In this document: positions 1 to 7,732 of the stretch, in pieces
How the letters are laid out: each line of letters opens with the position of its first letter
Position numbering within the stretch: the first letter of the stretch is position 1
NCBI GenBank assembly: GCA_001829415.1
Contig: MIBE01000054.1
Span: 25,003 to 57,002 of the forward strand
DNA from: Spirochaetes bacterium GWF1_51_8
GTDB taxonomy: Bacteria > Spirochaetota > Brevinematia > Brevinematales > GWF1-51-8
Direction: 5' to 3'
DNA length: 32,000 nt
Notes under the pieces: generated by a model
The model's database searches: none
Seen by the model: the letters and a program-made list of their open reading frames with translations, nothing else
Told to the model about the DNA's origin: nothing
Program-made: the position numbers and the translations under genes

Positions 1-245
1 TGCTTAGTAATATATCTCAACAGGATAATGAGATAGTTCAGTATTAGAAATGGTATATAAATATCTGTTTCAGCGATTTGTATCGCGGGTTTCGGAGGAT
101 AATGATACATACTTATGTTTACAAAAAAGCGGCGTGTGTTTTCAAAACCGGGCGGATGAGTAAAAAAAGATAAAAAACGGGGGCTGGTATTGCAAAATGC
201 AGAAAAAGGACGATTGTTATTGCAAATTGCAATACAGAATCGGAT

Positions 246-1601
246 TTAGATCTCGTACTGGCGCCGTTTCCGCCACAAGGTGGAATGATCGATCCCGAGG
301 ATGTCGGCGGCTTCCTGCATCGACGCAACAGACGCAAGCACTTTGCGGATATGCTCTTCTTCGAGCTTTTTCAACGGCACCGGGTCGCCGATCTGCATCG
401 GACTCAATTTCGGCGAAATCGACACCGGAAGCAGTTCCGGCCCTATCTCATTCGTACGGCACAGAATCACGGCCCGTTCGATCACATTTCGGAGTTCACG
501 GATATTCCCCGGCCACGAATAGCTCCGCATCAGCCGCATGGCTTCGCCGGAAATACCGTGAATAGTTTTATGGTTTTTGGCGGCATAGAACTCGAGCATC
601 CTGACGGCGAGTGTCTCGATATCGTCGCCGCGTTCGCTCAAAGAGGCCAGATCGATCTGGATAGTATTCAGGCGGTAGAAAAGGTCCTCACGGAACTTTC
701 CCTCGCGCAGGGCGGTCTCGAGGTTGGTGTTGGTCGCTGTGATGATCCGAACATCGGCTTTACGGGTATGATGGTCCCCCACCCGTTCGTACTCCTTATC
801 CTGGATGAAGCGCAGAAGCTTAGGCTGGACAGACAACGGAAGGTCGCCGATCTCATCGAGAAAAAGCGTCCCATTTTCGGCGAAATTGATGCGGCCGGGA
901 TTATCGCGCACAGCGCCTGTGAACGAGCCCTTGACATGGCCGAACAATTCGCTCTCGAGGAGCTCGGGGTTGAGGGTCGGACACGACACCACCATGAACG
1001 GGTTCTGCGCCCTCGGGCTCCATCGGTGAATCGCCTTCGCGAGAACGGTCTTTCCGGTACCGCTCGGCCCGCGGATCAGGATCACCGCTTCCGACTCCGC
1101 GACCTGCCGCGCCATCTCCAGCGCGTTCTGCATCGTGGGGTGTGTGGAGGTGAAGTCCTCGTTGGGGCTGAGCTGTTCGATATCGTCCTGCAGTGACGAT
1201 ATCCTCTGCTCCATTTCCTGTATCCGGCTGACCCTTTTGATTACGATGTTCACCTGCTCGGGCGAGAAGGGCTTCGAGATGTAGTCGTCGGCGCCTCTGC
1301 GGATCGCCATCACCGCCGTGTCGATCGTGGCATGCGCTGTGATCATGACTACCTTGATCCAGCGGTATGAATTGAGCAGGACGGGGATCAGGTCGAGGCC
1401 GTTCTCAGCCCCGAGGCAGAGATCGATGAACGCCAGATCGAAAACCCGGCTGACCGACTCGACGATAGCGTCATGGGAATTCCCGGCGACCGCCACCCGA
1501 TGCCCCTGCGATTCCAGGTAAGACGCCAACTTCTTCCGGATACTCGGCTCGTCGTCGACAATCAGAATACTGAGCGGAGTAGATTGCTTGTCATCATTCA
1601 T
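246..1601 (-). CDS. sigma-54-dependent response regulator / enhancer-binding protein (NtrC/AtoC-like: REC + AAA+ + Fis-type HTH)
   Basis: 451-aa ORF with ATG at 1601. Receiver domain (ILIVDDEPSIRK ... FDLAFIDLCLG), Walker A GPSGTGKT, sigma54-contact loop GSFTGA (GAFTGA variant), Walker B LFLDEIGD, C-terminal HTH (QEAADILGIDHSTLWRKRRQY). Confidence 0.93.
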   Translation of the reverse strand: MNDDKQSTPLSILIVDDEPSIRKKLASYLESQGHRVAVAGNSHDAIVESVSRVFDLAFIDLCLGAENGLDLIPVLLNSYRWIKVVMITAHATIDTAVMAIRRGADDYISKPFSPEQVNIVIKRVSRIQEMEQRISSLQDDIEQLSPNEDFTSTHPTMQNALEMARQVAESEAVILIRGPSGTGKTVLAKAIHRWSPRAQNPFMVVSCPTLNPELLESELFGHVKGSFTGAVRDNPGRINFAENGTLFLDEIGDLPLSVQPKLLRFIQDKEYERVGDHHTRKADVRIITATNTNLETALREGKFREDLFYRLNTIQIDLASLSERGDDIETLAVRMLEFYAAKNHKTIHGISGEAMRLMRSYSWPGNIRELRNVIERAVILCRTNEIGPELLPVSISPKLSPMQIGDPVPLKKLEEEHIRKVLASVASMQEAADILGIDHSTLWRKRRQYEI

Positions 1602-1900
1602 TCATCGCGGCCTTTGGGTTTTGTTTTCTATTCCTTAGAAAGCCGGGGGTTGAAATAATATGTTCGAGATAAAATTTCGCTTTTCAGCTTTCCCCCACAA
1701 GATTTTATATTTCTAAAAAAGAAAAATCAAGAAATGTGACTAAATAATTTATATTCCTAGAATAATTCTTGAATTCACAACAAGTTAGTTTGATATCTTA
1801 TGTTTAAATTTACTCTTGTTTCTCAACAAGTCGGGAAATGAACGGTGTAAAAAGTTTTAAGGCTTTCGATTCGTTCGGGTATTTTGATCTGACACCAAAC

Positions 1901-2152
1901 AGGGGTTGTCCCATAAGAATACAAACAGCAGAAAAGTCTGTCACTGCGAGCTTACCTTCCCGCCTTCCGCCTGCATACTGCGAATGCAGACATGCTGTCA
2001 GGCGGACAGGCTGACGAAGTCAGACAGTACGCAGCGCGCCGAAGCAGTCTATGTAACTATTTATCAGTTAATCATATAGATTACTACACGAATTTGATAA
2101 ATTCGTTCGCAATGACAAAGGTTCTCTTAAGTACCCTTTTGAGACAGCCCCT
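1901..2152 (+). other. ~250-bp structured intergenic element (candidate ncRNA or MITE-like relic); function unknown
   Basis: The termini aggggttgtc (1901-1910) and gacagcccct (2143-2152) are complementary (10 bp; one pair is G.U if read as + strand RNA). A second helix is possible (cataaga / tcttaag). Internal hairpins: ctgcat-N7-atgcag, ccgcctg...caggcgg, ctgac-gaa-gtcag, acgaattt-gat-aaattcgt. A T-run follows the 3' arm. No ORF of 60 aa or more explains the region. Confidence 0.3.
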
Positions 2153-2179
2153 TTTTCTATACTATAGTCTTTTATCCGG

Positions 2180-3265
2180 CTATATCTTGTTCAGTTCGGT
2201 AAGCATTTTTTTATACGCGGGTTTCTGCATCTCCTTCAGCAGCATATCGAAGCTGTCCCTTTCGAAACCCATCGCCGCGCCGCCGATACTGAAGTTGCCG
2301 TCGGCGTATTCCGCCTCATACCCCATATCGTTCAGTATCTCCGCGACATTCTCGAGTCTCTTGTCGATCGCGGTCATCAACCCGGTAAAACGGGCGTCGA
2401 TCTTCGTGAACACCTGCCTGAAGAGTTTATTCCCGATAATATCCTTATAGATCGCGGACTGCTTGTCCTTCGCGTAGATCATGTAGGTCAGTATCCAGTA
2501 CCTGAACTCCGCGTAGGCGAGATACGTCCCGGCGCACAATCCGACATAGGTCGTCCATGTCGCATCATCCTGCTTCATCTCGTCATGGTAAAAATCGAAC
2601 AGGCTGTAGACAGTCATCGCGTCATGGTAATAGGCGTTGTACTCGTCGAGAAGGCCGAAGACGCCGTCCTGCTGGGTGGACATGTACTCGTCGGCGGGAT
2701 AGATATAGGTTTCGAAACGGGACGTCCGGAGCGCCGCGGGAATGACATCCTTGAGCTTCTTGCACGGGAATGTCTTCCCGAAATCGACCAGCACCGCCTC
2801 GTTCTCGTCGATACAGAACGTGTAGTACGTCCGGTCACCGTCGTACCCGCCGGTCTTCTGCAGGATGAGGTATCCGTACCTCCCGGTGAACGCGTGATTC
2901 ATCTCATGCACGACCGTGGGGAGCGATTCGATCTGCTCGGACAGCTTGCCGCCCTCGACATAGTCCTTATAGCTGCCGCCCCCGGAAATGGATATCTTGG
3001 AATCGCCCAGTTCGATCTCTTCGGGATAGTTGTCTAACGACGCGATGATCGAGTAGCCGGTCGGGTAATACTTTTTCAGCGCCTTGAGAAGTTTATCCTT
3101 CGGCTCCTTTTTCACCTTGATCGACACACTGCCGGGAATCTTGTTTTTCGAGGCCGCGGCCGTCTTGGCGGAGAAAGAAACAATATCGGGCCTTGTCCCG
3201 GGAATTGATGCGTGAAGGAAAACCGACAATCCCGCGACGACTGAAATAATTAAAAATTTCTTCAT
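2180..3265 (-). CDS. secreted hypothetical protein with HExxH motif (possible metallopeptidase-like fold)
   Basis: 361-aa ORF with ATG at 3265. N-terminal signal peptide MKKFLIISVVAGLSVFLHAS with no lipobox Cys. HEMNH motif (VVHEMNHAF). No family recognised by eye. Confidence 0.7.
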   Translation of the reverse strand: MKKFLIISVVAGLSVFLHASIPGTRPDIVSFSAKTAAASKNKIPGSVSIKVKKEPKDKLLKALKKYYPTGYSIIASLDNYPEEIELGDSKISISGGGSYKDYVEGGKLSEQIESLPTVVHEMNHAFTGRYGYLILQKTGGYDGDRTYYTFCIDENEAVLVDFGKTFPCKKLKDVIPAALRTSRFETYIYPADEYMSTQQDGVFGLLDEYNAYYHDAMTVYSLFDFYHDEMKQDDATWTTYVGLCAGTYLAYAEFRYWILTYMIYAKDKQSAIYKDIIGNKLFRQVFTKIDARFTGLMTAIDKRLENVAEILNDMGYEAEYADGNFSIGGAAMGFERDSFDMLLKEMQKPAYKKMLTELNKI

Positions 3266-3292
3266 TCTTCGCCCCTAGCTAGTATGTTTCGA

Positions 3293-3997
3293 TTACTTGA
3301 CCTTTTTCCCGAATTCGAACTTGCCCGCCGCCATATTCCATACCATGAGAACTTTTTTATAAGGGAAGTTCTGCTCGATCTTGAGGAATGTTTCATATTC
3401 CGACGGGCTCAAGCCGTTATCGACCTCGCCGATCCCGAGCGGATAGACGACACATTCCGTCCCCTCGTGCGGCAGTTCGACCTTGTACTTCATCGCCTTG
3501 TTCATCTTTGCCGTGATCAGCTTCTTATCGGCGTCGGCGCAAAACAGTTCTATGGACAGCTTTGGAAACACCTTCGAGGTGACATCGGTGAACTTTCCGC
3601 CCTTGTACTCGAAGAACGCCAAACCGCAATCGTCGGGACCCTCGCACCCCGATACCGCGGAGCTCACACCGATCAGCTTGCTCTTGTCCGCCTTGACAAA
3701 ATAAGTCATCGCCTGCTTCACGGACATCTCGGTAATAAATTCCGTCAGATGCAGGTAGGCGTTTTTTGTATCGACCACGACCTGTTTCGACGAGACATCG
3801 TTAATATAATTGAGCCGTTCCTGAAACTTCATATCCCCATAGAACGGATCCAGGTACTTGCCCGGGATGATCAGGAAAAAGTCGAGTATATCGACAGGGT
3901 TCTTTTTAACATCCGCTTCCTTCTTCTTGAAGACCGCGTATGACGATGAAAGCATTATGAATAAAGCGGCTATTGATAAAAACATCTTTCTTAACAT
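3293..3997 (-). CDS. secreted hypothetical protein
   Basis: 234-aa ORF with ATG at 3997, preceded by GGGAGG. Signal peptide MLRKMFLSIAALFIMLSSSYA. Lies 27 nt upstream of the 2180-3265 gene, so a likely operon. Confidence 0.65.
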   Translation of the reverse strand: MLRKMFLSIAALFIMLSSSYAVFKKKEADVKKNPVDILDFFLIIPGKYLDPFYGDMKFQERLNYINDVSSKQVVVDTKNAYLHLTEFITEMSVKQAMTYFVKADKSKLIGVSSAVSGCEGPDDCGLAFFEYKGGKFTDVTSKVFPKLSIELFCADADKKLITAKMNKAMKYKVELPHEGTECVVYPLGIGEVDNGLSPSEYETFLKIEQNFPYKKVLMVWNMAAGKFEFGKKVK

Positions 3998-4024
3998 GTT
4001 GACCTCCCGGGCGTAGATATCTAT

Positions 4025-4052
4025 AGTTTAACATGCGAAAAGTAAAAGTCAA
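4025..4052 (-). promoter_or_regulatory. candidate sigma70 promoter for the 3997->2180 operon
   Basis: On the minus strand: TTGACT (4052-4047), 16-nt spacer, TAAACT (4030-4025), about 30 nt upstream of the ATG at 3997. Confidence 0.35.
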
Positions 4053-4133
4053 GAGATTTCCGGGAGCGCGTAAAATACGGCGGCTATTGGATTTTAATAT
4101 AGGAAAGAGTGTCCTATTTTTCCTCTCTCCTCC

Positions 4134-4184
4134 CCTAACGAATACCGTTTTCTTCCATGAAACGGTAGATCATCTTCCGGACTT
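4134..4184. repeat. left copy of a 51-bp direct repeat; out-of-frame relic of the parG-like 3' end
   Basis: cctaacgaataccgttttcttccatgaaacggtagatcatcttccggactt is 49/51 identical to 4838-4888. Contains the hairpin taccgttt-N9-aaacggta. Confidence 0.9.
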
Positions 4185-4370
4185 TTTTCTAAAATTCATC
4201 GCATCCCTGCTTATTTCCGTTATGCTTTTATCCTTCCAAAGGTTTTCGCGCCATAGCGTGTAATCGAATTTTTCCCTCTGCATGAGGACAAAGAATCTTT
4301 CAGCTTCAACTAATCCCAAATTATCTATCAGGCTTTTCAGTCCGTTCTGTTTAATCTCGGTATCAGTCAT
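4170..4370 (-). CDS. small partner protein of the PIN toxin (putative antitoxin)
   Basis: 66-aa ORF. Its ATG at 4370 overlaps the PIN stop (ATGACTGA) and GGAGGA lies 5 nt upstream. The sequence (GLVEAERFFVLMQREKFDYTLWRENLW) resembles small proteins I recall next to DNCCFNRP-type PIN genes. The last codons and the stop lie inside repeat copy 4134-4184. Confidence 0.6.
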   Translation of the reverse strand: MTDTEIKQNGLKSLIDNLGLVEAERFFVLMQREKFDYTLWRENLWKDKSITEISRDAMNFRKKSGR

Positions 4371-4821
4371 TTTTATCCTCCATAAAATCCTCGATAAAGT
4401 ACTTCACGGGATTGAGAATTTTTATCTCCTTTATCTTTGCACCTTTTTTTAATACTTTTTTATCCGTGGTAAAAAAATAGTCCGCTTTACCGGTTATCGC
4501 GCACGCTATGTGTAATGCGTCCTTTGAATCAAGACCTAATATTTTAATACTTTCCGCTAAGTTTATCAACTCCGCATCTTCCTCCGTATCAATATAAGAA
4601 TACTGCTTCCATTCCGATATAGCCCGACTAATGGTTTTATCCGGATTTTCACTATTCTCATAGTCCAGAATATAAGACCATACCAAATCCAATTGTTCAT
4701 TTTTTATCATGCTTTGTATTTTTAACTTAGCCTCGGTTTCCAGAATTATCTTTTCCTGCTCTTGGTCATCATAAGGCCTGTTAAAACAACAATTATCCAG
4801 ATATACTCTTTGTTTTTTCAT
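4363..4821 (-). CDS. PIN-domain ribonuclease, type II toxin (VapC-like)
   Basis: 152-aa ORF with ATG at 4821, preceded by AGGAGGAGGG. Characteristic N-terminus VYLDNCCFNRPYDDQ, plus acidic residues in ILETEAK, SKDALHIA and FFTTDKK that fit the four PIN catalytic positions. Confidence 0.85.
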   Translation of the reverse strand: MKKQRVYLDNCCFNRPYDDQEQEKIILETEAKLKIQSMIKNEQLDLVWSYILDYENSENPDKTISRAISEWKQYSYIDTEEDAELINLAESIKILGLDSKDALHIACAITGKADYFFTTDKKVLKKGAKIKEIKILNPVKYFIEDFMEDKND

Positions 4822-4837
4822 CTTCCCCTACCCTCCT

Positions 4838-4888
4838 CCTAACGGATGCCGTTTTCTTCCATGAAACGGTAGATCATCTTCCGGACTT
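4838..4888. repeat. right copy of the 51-bp direct repeat; functional 3' end of the parG-like gene
   Basis: cctaacggatgccgttttcttccatgaaacggtagatcatcttccggactt, located 704 bp from the left copy. Encodes ...EVRKMIYRFMEENGIR-stop on the minus strand. Confidence 0.9.
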
Positions 4889-5069
4889 CGGTCGAGACTG
4901 ACGAACCGATCCGCTGGCAGTAAGCCTCGAGCGCGTTTTTCTCTCCTGTGGGAATACGCAGACGGAGGATGTCGTCCTTGACAACCTTCCCGCGTTTGAC
5001 CTTCAGCTCGGAATTATCGATTCGTTCGCCCACCACCTCGCCGATACTTTTTCCTTTCTTGAGCGGCAT
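4839..5069 (-). CDS. ribbon-helix-helix protein, ParG-like centromere-binding partner of ParA
   Basis: 76 aa counted from the ATG at 5069 (the ORF track begins at a GTG at 5072). TGATG overlap with the parA stop, and GGGAGG lies 5 nt upstream. RHH pattern: beta strand LRLRIP followed by two helices (EKNALEAYCQRIG / VSTEVRKMIYRFMEE). Confidence 0.7.
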   Translation of the reverse strand: MPLKKGKSIGEVVGERIDNSELKVKRGKVVKDDILRLRIPTGEKNALEAYCQRIGSSVSTEVRKMIYRFMEENGIR

Positions 5070-5812
5070 CACGGCCTCCCGATCGCTATCGCGAGGCGTT
5101 CGATCTCAGGGACGACACGCGATGTGGGCGCGTACTCGAAAATGGACTGGTTGTAGACCTGGCTTTCGGCGAGCTTGGAGTCCTGCCCGATCGTATAGAG
5201 GTCGTAGTCCATTTTCTGGTACACCTCGTAAATCTCGTTATGGCGTTTGAACGAATGGTTGAGATTGTTCACCACGATCTTCGAATGCTTCACGGTCTTA
5301 CGGTAGTTCTTGTTGATCTTCTTGAGTTCCTCGTTGAATATCTCGATCCCGTCGAGGCCGAAGTATTCCGGTGTCAACGGCGTAATGACCTCGTCCATCG
5401 CGAGGATGACACATTTTTCGAGACGGCTCATTCCCGGCGAAAGGTCGTAGATAGCGACATCGAATCCCATCTTGGCGAGTTCGCCCGAGAGGTCCTCGAA
5501 AATGAACGGTTCGTCATTCAGCTTGTTCTCGGCGTATGTCTTCAATTCGCCGCCTATCCCGAATGTCGGCAGAATCGAAAGGCCGGGATGCACTTCGACT
5601 ATCGCATCCTTGAGTTCGGCGCGCCCGTTGAGAACATCGGCGAGCTCGAACTTCGGCGATTCCTTCAGGAACCAGCCGGACAGATTCCCCTGCGGGTCGC
5701 AGTCGATCATGATCGTCTTTCTTCCCTTGATCGCGAGGGCATGAGCGATATTTCCCGAAAGGGTCGTTTTGCCCACCCCGCCCTTCTGGATATGAAACGC
5801 GATTCTTTGCAT
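5069..5812 (-). CDS. parA: ParA/Soj-family partition ATPase
   Basis: Deviant Walker A IQKGGVGKTTLS, then IMIDCDPQGNLS. Start placed at MQRIAF (ATG 5812, with GGGGAG upstream) rather than the track start at 5860. Confidence 0.9.
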   Translation of the reverse strand: MQRIAFHIQKGGVGKTTLSGNIAHALAIKGRKTIMIDCDPQGNLSGWFLKESPKFELADVLNGRAELKDAIVEVHPGLSILPTFGIGGELKTYAENKLNDEPFIFEDLSGELAKMGFDVAIYDLSPGMSRLEKCVILAMDEVITPLTPEYFGLDGIEIFNEELKKINKNYRKTVKHSKIVVNNLNHSFKRHNEIYEVYQKMDYDLYTIGQDSKLAESQVYNQSIFEYAPTSRVVPEIERLAIAIGRP

Positions 5813-5885
5813 ATGCAGATTCTCCCCGTTAAAATAGTTTTGATAGAATAAGGATATCATGGATGGAAGAATTTGTCAAGATATA

Positions 5886-5959
5886 TGTAGTTACTTTATA
5901 TTCACATTATGGCACTTTTAAGCTTTTTAGTGGCTTCTTTATATTCACAATGTAGCTAC
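5886..5959. promoter_or_regulatory. repeat cluster upstream of parA (candidate centromere/operator)
   Basis: ctttatattcaca occurs at 5894-5906 and 5937-5949. Each copy is flanked by the near-palindrome tgtagNtac (5886-5894, 5951-5959). A TTGACA -35 for parA lies at 5879-5874 on the minus strand. Confidence 0.45.
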
Positions 5960-6269
5960 ACGCTTTCCCCTTCCCGCCGCCCCGTTTTCAGCCCGTATAA
6001 AGCCCGTCTTCTATCCTGTTTCATATCTTTTCACATCTTTTAATAAAACCGCCCTATAACAGCCCCCGCCCTGTTTTTACCGTTTTTTTGGCGGTTTTCC
6101 AAGTCTACCTGTCTCAATCATAAGCGTCCGACTATATAAACGTTTATACTGCATTGCCCGCCCGGCGAAACAAATTTGATGATTTGAAAATTGAAAGTGA
6201 AGATTTTTCCTGGCGTATGGCCGGAGCAGGGTAGGGGTGTGCTATGAGATTAACGCTTGATACAAATAT

Positions 6270-7184
6270 TTACTCTTCGGCAGGGTCGTCGTCCTGTCCC
6301 GGCTGGTCGAACTTCTTATCGAACAAGCCCATTCCCTCGGCCTCCGCGATCGCCTTCTGACGCGCGGCGGCATTGGCGGAAACATCGCCGAGACTGTGTT
6401 TCCCGGTCGCCCCGGAGTTCAGCAGGAGGCCTTCACGCACCTTTTTCGGGAGCTGGTTGAATTTCGTCTGTTTGGTCCATGCCTGACGGGTCTCTTCGCT
6501 GTCGATCTTGTGAACTTCCATCCAGAGCCAGTTTACCCGTTTGCCGGCCTTTTCCTCTTTAAACTCGAGGTGAATATCGGTCTTCTCATCCAGTTCGCGC
6601 TGGGCTGTTTGGAAGACGTATCGCTTCATGTCGGCGTAGAGTTTGTACTCCTCGGGTTCGATGAATAGCAGGTAACGCCATTCCGCGAGACTGTGGCGTA
6701 CCGACGGGTCTCCCTTGTTGGCGATACTTTTCGCCATCTCGTAGAGCTTCTGGGAATAGACACTCTTGAGGCCGATGACGATATTGAGCTGGAACTGGGT
6801 ATAGTTCTGCTTGAGTTCGAGGTAATGCGGCCGCATCTTGGGGTCGAAGCTGAAGCTGACGGTCGTATTGTTCTTGTCGTACTCCGCGCTCGAAATCGGA
6901 GAGATTTGCAGTAGCCCGCCGTCCTCGGTCGGTATCTGGTAAACCTTTGACAGGAGGCTTTCGGTGGTATCGCGCAGATAGGAATGGTTGTCCGAGCCGA
7001 TCTCGATACCGGCGAGAAGTTCGCGTACCGTGAACGAATACTCCTGGAAGTTGATATCGTCCGGTTTGATTCTCGAGATAAGCAGGTAAACAATCCGTTT
7101 TTCGAGCGCGTTCAGGTTGTGCCGTGAGAACGACAAGGTGTTGGATTGCCTGATCAGGTATTTCTTCGGGTCTTTCCTCGGCAT
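6270..7184 (-). CDS. rep: plasmid replication initiator, Rep_3/RepB-like (iteron-binding)
   Basis: 304-aa ORF with ATG at 7184. The N-terminus (YLIRQSNTLSFSRHNLNALEKRIVYLLISRI ... FTVRELL) matches the typical opening of Rep_3 initiators. The iteron array lies immediately upstream. Confidence 0.85.
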   Translation of the reverse strand: MPRKDPKKYLIRQSNTLSFSRHNLNALEKRIVYLLISRIKPDDINFQEYSFTVRELLAGIEIGSDNHSYLRDTTESLLSKVYQIPTEDGGLLQISPISSAEYDKNNTTVSFSFDPKMRPHYLELKQNYTQFQLNIVIGLKSVYSQKLYEMAKSIANKGDPSVRHSLAEWRYLLFIEPEEYKLYADMKRYVFQTAQRELDEKTDIHLEFKEEKAGKRVNWLWMEVHKIDSEETRQAWTKQTKFNQLPKKVREGLLLNSGATGKHSLGDVSANAAARQKAIAEAEGMGLFDKKFDQPGQDDDPAEE

Positions 7185-7206
7185 AGGCCACCGTAATGTT
7201 TTTTAT

Positions 7207-7235
7207 ATTATAACGTATTCTATGAGCGTTGTCAA
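7207..7235 (-). promoter_or_regulatory. consensus sigma70 promoter of rep
   Basis: On the minus strand: TTGACA (7235-7230), 17-nt spacer, TATAAT (7212-7207), 22 nt upstream of the rep ATG. Confidence 0.65.
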
Positions 7236-7251
7236 TATATACTCATAGAAT
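7217..7251. promoter_or_regulatory. inverted repeat bracketing the rep -35 (candidate autoregulatory operator)
   Basis: attctatgag (7217-7226) and ctcatagaat (7242-7251) form a perfect 10-bp inverted repeat. Each arm carries the ctcata core shared with the iterons. Confidence 0.55.
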
Positions 7252-7291
7252 CAGTACCTTTTTTACTACTATCCGGACAGGGGGTACATCA

Positions 7292-7310
7292 CATTAGATT
7301 TCTCATAATA
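7292..7310. repeat. isolated iteron copy
   Basis: cattagatttctcataata, identical to the copy at 7478-7496. Confidence 0.8.
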
Positions 7311-7477
7311 CCGGATTCCTACCGTACATCTTGTCCGTGTCCAGTTCGCGGGCGCATGATTCCAGCTATTTCGAACAATTTTCGAACTCATAGGAATCCC
7401 ATAGACTTGAGGCGCATTATTCTATTTGCTATATGCAAATATGGGGTAGGGATTCCCGGGGTTAAAATCCGCTTCTA

Positions 7478-7496
7478 CATTAGATTTCTCATAATA
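7478..7496. repeat. isolated iteron copy
   Basis: cattagatttctcataata. Confidence 0.8.
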
Positions 7497-7539
7497 AAAC
7501 CCTCTTCATACGTTATATTTTTCGGCTTCAAGAACAAGA

Positions 7540-7732
7540 CATTAGAAAACTCATAGTACTGCATAAATAAACTCATATTATCACATTAAATTCCTCATAA
7601 TAGGGCATTATAAAACTCATATTACTCCATTAGATTTCTCATATTTAGTTCATTATGAAACTCATATTTACCATTACTTAACTCATAATAGGCATTAGAG
7701 AACACATAATACACATTATATCCCTCATAGTA
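7540..7732. repeat. array of 9 tandem iterons (oriV core)
   Basis: Copies start at 7540, 7562, 7584, 7606, 7628, 7651, 7672, 7693 and 7714 (period 21-23 bp). Consensus is CATTAnAnnnCTCATAnTA. The copies are contiguous, with no unique spacers. Confidence 0.85.

Noticed and set aside
185-233. TGGTAT-N-TGCA string resembling a sigma54 -24/-12 element, and two TATTGCAAAnTGC repeats including the palindrome attgcaaattgcaat (219-233)
   Set aside because: The GG-to-GC spacing is one nt too long, and on the + strand it points into the 3' end of a convergent gene. The repeats may be a binding site, but nothing in the window lets me assign a function.
285-1196. 303-aa ORF on the + strand inside the sigma54 activator gene
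   Set aside because: It is antisense to a gene with unmistakable REC/AAA+ motifs. The translation is low-complexity and Arg/His-rich with no motifs or SD sequence. This is a typical shadow ORF in GC-rich coding DNA.
1992-2450. 152-aa + strand ORF spanning the intergenic element and the 3' end of the HExxH gene
   Set aside because: The translation is Ser/Leu/Ile-rich and low-complexity with no SD sequence, and half of it is antisense to a better-supported gene.
4033-4263. 76-aa + strand ORF across the left 51-bp repeat
   Set aside because: It overlaps the promoter region and the antisense of the small antitoxin-like gene. It has no SD sequence and a hydrophobic, low-complexity translation.
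5240-5851. 203-aa + strand ORF opposite parA (same class: 6586-7191 and 6626-7093 overlapping rep on its own strand in other frames, and 6396-6668 opposite rep)
   Set aside because: These overlap genes with clear ParA or Rep signatures and carry no motifs of their own, so they are frame shadows.
5909-5923. TGGCAC-N-AGC sigma54-like string upstream of parA
   Set aside because: The spacing is off by one, the orientation is away from parA, and it lies inside the par repeat region.
6045-6098. aaaaccgcc ... ggcggtttt 9-bp inverted repeat downstream of rep, as a possible terminator
   Set aside because: The 36-nt loop and the poor T-run make an intrinsic terminator unconvincing.
7540-7732. A regular ~22-bp periodic repeat that could be mistaken for a CRISPR array
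   Set aside because: The repeats are contiguous with no unique spacers, are AT-rich and degenerate, and sit directly upstream of a Rep_3 gene. They are iterons, not CRISPR repeats.
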